From assembly GCF_020745735.1 (NCBI RefSeq), contig NC_083426.1, forward strand, positions 39,370,001 through 39,434,000: a stretch of 64,000 nucleotides of DNA. The letters are read 5' to 3'. This document shows positions 39,201 to 51,200 of the stretch, in pieces (within the stretch, counting starts at the first letter, position 1; each line of letters starts with the position of its first letter). The position numbers and the translations under genes are program-made. This DNA is from Hemiscyllium ocellatum. Taxonomy: Eukaryota. A model generated the notes under the pieces. It did no database searches and was not told the origin of the DNA. It saw only the letters and a program-made list of their open reading frames with translations.

Positions 39201-42200
39201 TGGTGATGTCATTTCCTGCTCGTTTTCTGAGAGGTTGATAGATGGCATCTAGATCTGTGCGTTTGTTTATGGCGTTGTGGTTGGAGCACCAGGCCTCAAG
39301 GAATTCTCTGGCATGTCTTTGCTTAGCCTGTCCCAGGATTGAGGTGTTGTCCCAGTCGAAATGGTGGTTTTTGTTCCTCCATGTGTAGGGCTACGAGGGA
39401 GAGAGGGTCGTGTCTTTTTGTGGCTAGCTGGTGTTAGTGTATCCTGGTGGCTAACTTTCTTCCTGTTTGTCCTACGTAGTGTTGCTGGCAGTCCTTGCAT
39501 GGAATTTCGTAGACGATGTTGGTTTTGTCCATGTTATGTACTGGGTCTTTTAAGTTTGTTAGTTTTTGTTTGATACAGGCACTCCAACCACAATGCCATC
39601 TATCAACCCCTCAGAAAACAAACAGGAAATGACATCACCTCAAACCCCAGGAACCCCACTCAGGACAAACATTTAGATAGAAAGCAGGAGACAACAGCTT
39701 CACTTCACTTGGAGGTTGCCACTGATGATGTTACCTAGCCAGGTAATGAAATATCTGGATATCAAACCTACAACTCAGCGAGCAAACCTACACCCTAAAC
39801 AGGTTGAAAAGGCAGGATTCTTAGTGTGGGGGAAAGAGGGAACACTTATAAAAATATCTCATTCTTCAATTTGAACAAAGTTTGGAATTGTAAACATATT
39901 TTGTGACTTAGCAAAGACATTCAATTGAAAGTTCTCTCAAAGGAAGTTTTACAGTACACAGGTCTGGAATGACAGCACTGAAGAACAACTGTTCCATTGG
40001 CTAACTATTCTTCCAACTTATAGCATGTGGTTTAAAAACAAACATAATGCCAACTTTTACCCACAATCTTGCACAACATTCTGTTAAAACTTTAAAAAAC
40101 AAAGTAATTTGGATGACCATTGCTGCAAAACGGATTTAGAGTAGTTTTCATTGGTATAAACTCAATGGGTCAAAAAAACCTCAGTTATACGATTTAAGAC
40201 TTTCTGAAGCCCATGTAGGATTATCGCTTCATTTTAAAAATGAAAATGAAAAAAATTTTTACAGTCAAATGTTTCACTAAGTTAAGCATTTGGTTTGTTT
40301 ATAATTTATTGGGAACCTATTCTGTGAAAGAAACATTACTTTCTAAACTTATTTCCAATGTTCCTTTCCTTTACAAGGCTGACCAGGAATGTCTCCCACT
40401 CTTACTGCCTGGCATTGACAGGTGCAGCAAGAATTTACAGGTTGATACTCAACAAAGTTTGCTACATTGTGAATGCCAAGTCATCCTGCATGGAACTTTA
40501 AATCTAGAACTTCTGGTTCAGAAGTAGAAATATTAACCAATACACACAGATCTCTACTTTGACTATATTCAAAAGAACTGCAAAATAAAAACAATGGAGA
40601 CAAGTTGAAGAAAAAAACCTAAAGAAACAAAAGTCACTCATCCACCTCCTTCCCATAAAAGATTATAAAGTGTGAGCACCATTAACGACTTTCTATATTG
40701 AATTCCCATCACAAACTCCACCACAAGAAAATCCAAGTTTTATGGACAGACATTTCTACCTACCATGTTTTTTAAATTGTTGAGGTATAAATTCTGCAGC
40801 AAATGCCCATCTGTCCAAGCCTTCAGGTGTTTCATTCTCCTTCACTTCATCGACATCCTCATCCAAGTGAGTGCCAGAGCATCTAGTATTCCTACCCAAG
40901 TTTGTGAAATTGGAGACAGCAGGTTCAGAGCCACGTCGACTCCAAGTACTTTTTGGTGTAGTTGAGTGGTTGGGAGGTTCAACAGTATGGGAATGTTGGA
41001 AAATTCTTCCTGGAGTTCTGTGAATAGCAGGAGCAGAGCTACGTCTATTTCTAGAGCAGTTTCTGCCAGTAGGATCACTAGATTCCATATCATGGTATCT
41101 CTGGGATGATTCTCCAGCCCTCGGCTGAAGAGCAGGTTCAGAACCACGTCTGTTTCCAGATAACCATCCTGCAGCAGGTCGGATGTGCAGGTATCTAATA
41201 ACAGATTCATTATTGTACATTAATTCCCTTTAATACAACTGCATACAAAGCTGCCATTGGGTTTCAAGCCCCATACCGCTCAGTAATGACACATATAAAT
41301 CAGTTTAACCAAACTACAATTATATAGATCCCCCGCAGCACATTCCAAGAACAACAGTGTAACAATTGAAAGGGGAAGATGTATTCATTTTGAAAATGGA
41401 ATTTTTTTTAAAAATAAAATTGGCCATCATCAAAAATGTAGGCCAGAATAAAATTACGAGCACATTACCCCAAACATTCAATCAAATCCAGCTTCAGAAC
41501 ACTTAGCTTCTCATTGGAGGAAGTATCTGAAAGCTAAGCAAATCATACACATTGAATTGTGTACTTATCATTGAACAGATTTGAGATGGAGGAGTGTTTA
41601 TGGAAGTTCGACTTCATTCAGAAGACATCAGTATATCATCACTAAGTTTGAATTACAACACTGTGGTAGTATTCAAAGACAATAGGGATATCCCTATTGT
41701 ACACAGTCAGTACAGTTCTGGTCACGGGTAGGGGTGGAAAATAAGTGGGATGAGTGCTTCACTGACTGTGCCAGAATTTGTTATCCATCCCTAGTTGCTC
41801 TCAAGATAGCGAGCTATCCTCTGGATTTACTATAGTTACATCCAGCAAAGTTGTCAAGGAGGAGTTCTTGGATTTTGATCCAGTAACTGTGGCAAAGAAA
41901 AGTGCTATGGTTCCAAGTCAGAATGGCGAGTGGCTTAGAGTGAAACCTGCAAGGGTGTCCACTGCATCTGCTGCCCTTGTCCTACTAGGTGTCAGAGGTT
42001 TAGTTTAGAAGGTGCTGTCCAAGGAGCCTTAGTACACAATGCCATTATTGTGATCTGGTGGAAAAGGAAATGGAACACCGTCAATCTAACAGGCTATTTT
42101 ATACAGCGTACTATCAAGCTTCTGGAGTGTTGTTGGAACAGCACTCACCCAAGTAAGTGGGAAGTATTCCATACATTCCTGATTTATGCCTTTAGATGAC

Positions 42201-45200
42201 CGACACAGAAGTCAGGAGGAGAATTACACACCATGGAATTCCTACCCTCCAATCTGCTCTTGTAGCCACAGTATTAACATGACAGGTTCAGCTTAGTTTC
42301 TGGTCAACAGTAACCTTACAGGACTTTGATTGTGGGGGATTCAGTAACGGTTAACCACTGGATGTCAAGGGGTAATGGTTAAGTTCTCTTTTAAAGACAG
42401 ACAGTCATTGCGTGGTACTTCTATCGCATGATGTTACTGTGACACCTGTCAGCCCAAACCTGGATACTACTGCTGCATTTAGACACTGACAGCTTCAGTA
42501 TCTAGCATCACGAACAGTGTTTGTGAACATCCCCTATTCTGACCTTATGATGGGGAAAAAAGATAATTGATGAAAGTAGTTGAAAATGGTAGGATACAAT
42601 ATTAGTCAGATATGTAAAATGTTTCTACATTAAAGGTAGATACGTACTAGCTCAACCTAAAATGTTTCAGTCTGTACTGCAACTGTCCACTTCAAATCAC
42701 TTTTCCTGCTGGCACAGAATGCATATTAAATTTACAATACAGTCACTAATGCAAAATAAATATTCAACATGTGAAGCACAAAAGTATGCTTATGTAATAA
42801 AATTTTACATATGCAAACTCTAACAAAGAGCAAGCCCAAAATAAACATTATGAATTTCTCCAAGTGACCAAACAAACCTGCAACTGTTTCCATAGAAGCA
42901 AAATCCATTCAAATAGTGTTTGCAGATCTGGGACGACTTCAGCATAGAAAGGTCATGTGAATAATAGCAGCTATGTCCCCATTTGCAAACGCCACAGACA
43001 AAGTTTCTGGAAAACATTAAATTTGAAATAATGTGAAAATGTTGAAATGCATGTCAAGATTCTCAAGTTAAACCTTCATTACTAGCCCAGAGAGGACAAT
43101 CAGAGGATTTATATGGACTCAAGACTGAAAAGGATGGCTTTCATTTGCTGTGGATTTTCTTTGGAGGATCTTTGAGACCTCACAGCACATTCCAAATTTT
43201 CTATAAACCAAGCATTCCTACTCTAAGAAATAAATAGTTCAAAGCTGTATAAATTACACTAGTTAAGATTTCAACTTCCTACTACTAGCTTGTAAAGATT
43301 TCACAATTGAAAATGTTTTACTCCCATTTGCCAGCACTTGGCTCATATCCCTCTAAACCTTTCCTATTCATGTAGGAAGTGACTAAAGAGCAACATGCCT
43401 ATGTACAATTATTTTTCGTGCACAAACTAGAGAAAATGATGTTACCTATTTATGGTTGCCACCCATTGCTGTCTCCAGGAAATCAGAATCCTTATTTTAA
43501 AACAATCAGTGGCTCCCATGTACCCATTGGTTCCTGTAACCCCATTTCAGTAAGTAATAACTTCAAGCAACTATCTTCAGTTGCTTTTTAAAAGTCTCTT
43601 TATAAAAATCCATCACAAACAAATTGAAAATATAACCGCATAGGAAATAACCATTTTTAAAAAATCAAGCAGAGAAAACATGCACAGACAACAAAAGACA
43701 TAGACAGTTTACAAAACACTGAAAAGAAGGCAAGGAAAGAGACATGCATCACAAGTGTCAAAATAAAATGTTATTTATAGGAGAAGTACTGGAACCATAC
43801 AACTGATAAGAGATGACAAAAGGACCTTACCACATGAATACCACTGGAAAGCAGGATAACATTCAGACAAATAAAATATCTTCACTGATTTGTTAAACGT
43901 TTAACAAAACCAGGGAGAGATTAAAAGGAATACCTGCACGAGTACAAAACATCAAAAATTGATTAGATAAAAACCTTCATCCATTAAAAAGAAACTCAAT
44001 TCAGACAGTGCAGAAGGAGGCCAAGCAGCCCTTTGTACCTAACTAACATACCTGCACCAGTTATATATTCAGATGTACAGAATGGAAACAGACCTGTCAG
44101 TCCAACTTGTCCATGCCAGATATCCTAAATTAATCTAGTCCCAATTGGCTCATATCCTTCTAAACCCTTCCTATTCATGTACCCATCCGGATGCCTTTTA
44201 AATCTTGCAATTATACCAGCCTCCACCACCTCCTTTGGGAGCTCATTCCATACACGCATCACCCTCTCCGTGAAAACGTTGCCCCATTAGGTCACTTAAT
44301 TATTCTCTTCTCCCCTTAAACCTATGCCCTCTAGGTTTGAATAACCTCACCCTGGGGAAAAGATTTACTAGTCCATGCTCCTCATGACTTTATACATCTT
44401 TAGAAGGACACCCCTCAGCCTCTGACACTCCACGGAAAATAGCCCCAGCCTGCTGAACCTCTCCACATAGCTCAAACCCTCCAACCCTGGCAACATCCTT
44501 GGAAGATCTTTTTGAACCCAGTCAGGTTTCACAACATCCTTCCTATAGCAGGGACACCAGAACTACACTGAGTATTCAGAGAGTGGCCTAACCAATATCC
44601 TGTACAGCTACGTGAGCTCCCAACTGCTATACTCCGTGCACTGACCAATAAAAACAAGCATACCAAACATCTCCTTCACTATCCTACCACCTACTTATTG
44701 ACCTATTACCCAATGTTCCTAATTATTTGCTGAATAAAGTTCATTATATTAAGTCTATAAACCCTTGATACTTCCCAAAAGATATTTTCTCTAATAGGAG
44801 AAGATATCTTGCATGCTCAGCATTTGAAGGTAAAATTTTATTTTGAAAAATGTGAACAGATTAAAATTTCCACATACTCTTATTCTTATCCACTTAGTGT
44901 ACTGCTTGTTAATTTCTGTTAATTGTAAACTTAGTAACCAGCCCAAGATTTTCCATTACAACTGAAATGAGCCCTACTCTAGATACGCCACAAATACATA
45001 AATATATACTCTTGAGCAGAGAAAATCCTGGAGTCTTTATAATATCTATGCTCATAAGCATCCCAGATAAAGCCCATTGGACATAGAGGCTGTATGGCCT
45101 AACTTCAGCTCATCAAGTCTGATCTGCCATTCAATCATGGCTGATAAGTTTTGCAGCCCCATTCTCCCTGTAGTCCTTGGATCCCTTGGATAGTCAAGAA

Positions 45201-48200
45201 CCTCTCAGAATTAAAGACCTGACCTCCACAGCCTTTTGTGGCAGTGAATTCCATAGATTCACCACTCTGTCTGAAGAATTTTCTCCTTATCGCCATTCTA
45301 ATTAAAATTAAACAAGCTAATCAGAGGACTACTATTCTCTGGCAGGTTTCTCCATTGTAGATGGTTATGTTAATTCTGCAAACCAAAAACTAGCAATTTG
45401 TCAGATTGACTAGCTTAACTTCTGCCTGCAGAGTTCATTATGAAACACTTCTGATCTCAGTAGTTCTAAATAAAGTGTTAAAAACTACAATCACTTCACC
45501 CAGCCACAATCTTTCTGGAGGCTACAAATTGTTTCACTGTAACTAGACCATTTCCCTTCAACATCCAATTAAAGCAGGACAACTGTTCTCAACATTGACC
45601 AGACAGAACTGCTGCTCATGATATTCATGAATTTGTGGGGCTGTTATGGACCAGGCCAGACCGGCTTAAAACATTAAAGGAGGTAGCCCAGGGCCTGACA
45701 TTTGTAGATGTTTTAGGCACTTGTAAGGAGAGAGCAAGAGCGAGAGAAAAAAAAATTTAGGTGCTCTAGCAGATGTAGGGCAGACAGCCAGTGAGCAAGA
45801 CAGCATGCAAGAAAATGAGCAACGTTTCCAGCAGATGTAGAGTGGAGAGATGGAGCTAGCAAAAGAGCCAGAAACATCTGTTTAATCAGGGAGCCTTTGT
45901 GGCCCAGCAGCTTTAATCAGACAGATTGCTCAAACCAAAACCAAACCAGGAAAAATCCTGATCTGGGAGAACCGACCACTCCCTTTTTATGGTACAAGTG
46001 TTTTAAAAAAAGACCTAAAAGCCTTTTGATTGTTGTCTTAGGTAGTATCTATTAGCCATTAACAAAAGTCCCTAATCCCAGATAAATCGCAATCTCTACC
46101 TTTTACAAACCCTCTTCAAAAACAAAAAAAAAAACAACCAAGGACAACATAACCTTCTTAAAGGAACACCTGTCTTCTTTACAAAAAAAACCAAAAAGAT
46201 ATCCACAGATGGCTTCATTTTAAAACCTCAATCTTACATAGGACACTACAATACATATACATCACACCAACTATAACCATGCAATGAGAAAGTAAGGACT
46301 GCAGGTGCTGGAGATCAGTCGAAACATGTGGTGCTGGAAAAGCACAGCCAATCAGGCAGCATCCGAGGACAGTCAACATTTCAGGCATAAGCCCTTCATT
46401 ATGAGTGAGACTTGAGGGCCAAGGGGGCTGAGAGATAACAGAGTTGGGTTGGGAAGGTAGCTGGGGATGCAATAGATATATGAAGGTGGGGGTGAAAGTG
46501 ATAAGTTGGAGAGGAGGGTGGAGCAGATAGGTGGAAAGGAAGATGGACAGGTAGGACCATTCAAGAGGCCGGTGCAGAGTTGGAGGTTGGGACTGGGATA
46601 GGTGGGAGGGGAGGGGAAATGGAACTGGTGAAATCATATTGATCCCATGTGGTTGGAGGATCCCAAGACAGACATCTACTACAAACCAGACTCCCAAGGC
46701 TACCTAGATTACACTTCCTCCCACCCCGCCTCCTGTAAAAACTTAATCCCTTATTCCCAATTCCTCTGCCTCAACCACTCTCAGGAAGACCAATTCTACC
46801 ATAGAACATCTCAGATGGCCTCTTTCTTCAAAGACAGCAATTTCCCCTCCCACATAGTCAACGATGCCCTTCAACATGACTCCACATCCCACAGTTCTGC
46901 CCATGAACCCAACCCCTCCAACTGCAACAAGAACAGAACCCCCAGATCCTCACCTTACACCCACCAACCTCCAGATACACTGCATCATCCTACATAATTT
47001 CTGCCACCTACAAACAACCCCACAAGAGATATTTCCCTCCCCACCTCTATCTGCATTTCAGAAAGACCATTCCCTCCCAGACTCCCTCGTCAGGTCCACG
47101 TCCCCATCCAACCCATCCTCCCCTCCCATTGCAAGAAGTGCAAAGCCTGCGTCCACACCTCTTCTCCCCCCCCCACCCCCCCTTCCCACCAAGGCCCCAA
47201 AAGAACCATTCCACATTCAATAGAACTTTACCTGTACCCCTCATTTACTGCATCCGTTGTACCCGCTGTAGTATCCTCTACATTAGGGAAATAGGATGCC
47301 AACTTGCAGATCGTTTCAGAGAACATCTCTGGGATGCCCACACCAACCAAACCTCATCGCCCTGTCGCTGAACTAACTCCCCCTCCCACTCCTCCAAAGA
47401 CATACGGTCCTGGGCTTCCTCCATACTTAAACCCAAACCACCACCCAACACCTGGAGCAAGAACGCCTCATCTTCAACCTTGAGACCCTCCAACCACACA
47501 GGATCAATGGGAATTTCACCAAATTTGCCAATTTCCCCTCTCCCATCTCATTCCAGTGCCAGCCTCCCAAATCAGCACCACTCTCATGAAACGGTCCTAC
47601 TTGTCCATCTTCCTTTCCACCTATCACTCACCCCAACCATCATCTATCACATTTCCAGGTACCTTTACCCAGCCAACCTTCTTTCATCTCAGCCCCCTTG
47701 GCCCACAAGTCACATTCCTTATGAAGGGCTTCCGCCCAAAATATCAATTCTCCAGCTCCTCAGATGTTGCCTGACAAATTATGCGTTTCCAGCAGCACAC
47801 TCTTCAACTTCGAGGGACAAAGAGCATATACAGCGCTGTAATGTTCTAATGTTCTAACTATAACCGCGCACCATACATTCTATTTTGATCCATTTACTCA
47901 TGCCACCGAAAGCCTCAGTTTCTCATCCAAGGCTTGACAATGCATCAGCAGTGATAGGGATCGACAACATGGAAACGGACTTTTTGATCCAACTCGTTCA
48001 TACCAAATGAAAATTAATCTAGTCCCACATGCCAGTAGTTAGCACATATCTCTAAACCTTTCCTGTTCATACACACATCCAGATGCCTTTTAAACATTGA
48101 AGGCTGGTACAGTTGCACCATTTCCCCTGGCAGCTCATTCCATACACACACCACACTGAAAAAGTGGCCCGTTAGATCCCTTTTAAATCTATCCCCTCTC

Positions 48201-51200
48201 ACCCTAAACCTAAGCCCTCTAGTTCTGGATTCTCCCACCCCAGGGAAAAGACCTTTGATATTTTGTCTATCCAAGCCCCTCAATTTTCTAAAACAGCAAT
48301 AAGGTCATCCCTTAGCCTCTGACACTCTAGGGAAAACAGCCCCAGCCTATTCAGCCTTTTCCAATAACTCAAACACTGCAACCCTGGCAGTAGCCTTAAA
48401 AAGGTTTAGAAAAGATTTTACAAGTTTGACAACATTCTTCCCATAGGAGGGTGACCTGAATTTCACAATATTCCAGAAGTGGCTTAACAAATGTCCTGTC
48501 CAGCCACATGATCTGGGCAGCACAGTGGTTAGCACTGCTGCCTCATAGCACCAGAGACCCAGGTTCAATTCCCGCTTCAGGCGATTGACTGTGTGGAGTT
48601 TGCACATTCTCCCCGTGCCTGCGTGGGTTTCCTCCGGGTGCCCTGGTTTCCTCCCACAGTCCACAAATGTGCAGGTTCGGTGAATTGGCCATGCTAAATT
48701 GTCCGTAGTGTTAGGTATTTGGGGTAAGTGTAGGGGATTGGGTCTGGGTGGGTTGCATTTCGGCAGGTCAGTGTGGACTTGTTAGGCCGAAGGGCCTGTT
48801 TCCACACTGCAAGTAATCTAATGATCTCTCACTCCTATACTCAATACTGACAACAGAGGAAAGCATACCAAACGCCTCAGTCATTACCCTTCGCTGTCCA
48901 CTACACCTCCAATTTTGGTGTAATCTGCAAACTTTCTAACTATACCTCTTATGTTCACATCCAAATCATTTATATAAATGATAAAATGCAGTGTTCCTAG
49001 CACTAATCCTTGTGACACACCACTGGTCAGTCCTCCAGTCTGAAAAACAATCCTCCATCATCATCACAGTCTGTCTTCTGCCTCCAAATGGCTAGTTGTC
49101 CCTGTATTCCAGGTGAGCTAACCTTGCTAACCAGTCTACCATGAGTAACCTTGTCAAACTCTTACTGAAGTCCATTTAAATCACGTCCACTGCTCTGCCA
49201 TCAATCCTCTTTGAAGGAAGTAACAAATAAAAACTATCCCTGATCAGCCCTTGCCTTTCTAAATACATGTAAACCCAGTCCCTCAGGAATCCCTCCAACT
49301 ACTTGCCCACCACTGACGTCAGGCTCACTTGTTTATACTTCTCTGGCTTTTTCTTACCACCTTTCTTAAATAGTGGCACCACGGTAGACACAATCTCCAG
49401 TCTTCCAGCACCTCACCTGTGACTATTGGTGACAAATATCTCAGAAAGGGGCCCAGCAATCATCTCCCTAGCTTCCCCCAGAGTTCTAGGGTACATCAGA
49501 TCAGGTCCTGCGGATTTATCCCCCTTTACACATTTTAGTACGTCTAGTGCTTCCTCCTCGGTAATATGGAGAATTTAAGATGTTACCGTCTATTGCCCCA
49601 TATTCTGTATCTTCCATGTCCTTCCATAGAGTAAACACTGATGCAAAATACTCATTTAGTAATACCTCCATCTCTTGCAGTTCCACACGTAGGCTGCCTT
49701 GCTGATCTTTGAGGGGCCCTGTTCTCTCCCTAGTTCCCCTTTTGTCCTCAATGCAATTATAAAATCCCTATGGATTCTCTTTAACCCTATTTGCCAAAAC
49801 TCTCATGACCCCTCTTTGTCTTCTTGATTTTCTTCTTAAAGTATACTCCTGATCTCTGCTGTCTATACCTAACATATGCTTCCTTCTTTTTCTTAACCAA
49901 AACCTCAATTTCTCGAGTCATCCAGCATTCCCTACACCTGCCAGCCTAACCTTTCAACCTAACAGGAACACAGTCTCTTGAAGTTGCAAATGTTCCTTCC
50001 ACGTGGGACAAAAAAAAATCACCAATATTAACTACTCAATTGGGTAACCCGGAAAAGACTATTGGTTAGTCTTTGAAAGGTGCTGGCACTTTTTTCATTT
50101 CAAATGGCATAAATTTAAATTGATACATTCCAATCAGCACTACAAAAAACAAAAAAAGTCTTTGAGGCACATGCCAGTGTCCTCCAAGTCCAACTTAGAA
50201 ACATAAGCTGCTTGTCCCACCTTTCAAATACAGTCGTCCAAATGTGAAATTGAACACATAGATCCAATTTTGTAACAGATTGACTTTGAGATTGGGTACA
50301 ATGGTTCTGTGTAGACTCTGGTTTTGGCAACATTACTATGGGTGAGCTCTAATCACTGCAAATCACTTCGATTATGTTGACTTGGAGTAGGTGTTCAATC
50401 TCTCTTTGAGCCTGTGCCAATTTGAGGATTGTCTATAAGGATCGTGCCCAATCAGAACAGCAATTCCTATGTCTACATAATGCATAATTAAAATTAGTAT
50501 TTCTCAGTTTATTTCCACACATCTTCCCATGTGATAGTAATAACTCTTTCAAGTCATTCGATTTTCCCATGGTAGGTAACTCAATTTATCCCAATTTTTG
50601 ACATCTTCCTCATTGGACAATCTAATTTGAGTGCATAATTCAGAATCCTCTGAACTTGGTTCTTCAGTGTTGTGACCAATAACACATTCTCTTTTGCTTT
50701 CCTTCCCTATCAAAATACCCTTTGAACATATTGACATGACACATTTTTCCCTGTCTGAAGTTCTTATCAAATAGTTCACCTCACTCAACCTCCTTGACTT
50801 GATAAGGTCCACTAAACCTTGCATTTAAAAAAGGTTCACCTATCACTGGAACTGAATCTCAATCAGCAAAATTGCACGTCTTGATTTCTTGTCTGCCTCC
50901 TGTTTCATTGTATACTGTGATTTTTTTTGAAATGTTGCCTCACCAATTCCCGTTATATTTAACCGTTCCCTAAAATTGACATAGTCCAAATATGCGGTCT
51001 CTGAATTCTGACTCACCAATTTCTCCTTCATTAATTTTATTGGTCATCTCACCTCATGCCCAAAAACAAATTCAAATGGACTGAATTTGGTTATTCATTT
51101 GTTGCATCTCGGATGGCAAAAATTAAACAAATTACTTTATCCCAATCAGCTGGATATTCTGTACTATAAGCCCTCAATGTGATCGTTAATGTCTAATGCC

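Larger units (their letters stand above)
38130..39835 (+). mobile_element. CR1 LINE RT region, interrupted by a Penelope element
   Basis: ORF 38273..38644 (DWRVANVIPLFKKG...YRAVSLTSVVGK); FADD at about 38845; resumes after 39800. Confidence 0.9.

Noticed and set aside
48515-48580. tRNA-like A and B boxes
   Set aside because: Head of a V-SINE followed by V-domain, tail and TSD; not a tRNA gene. The same holds for similar heads elsewhere.
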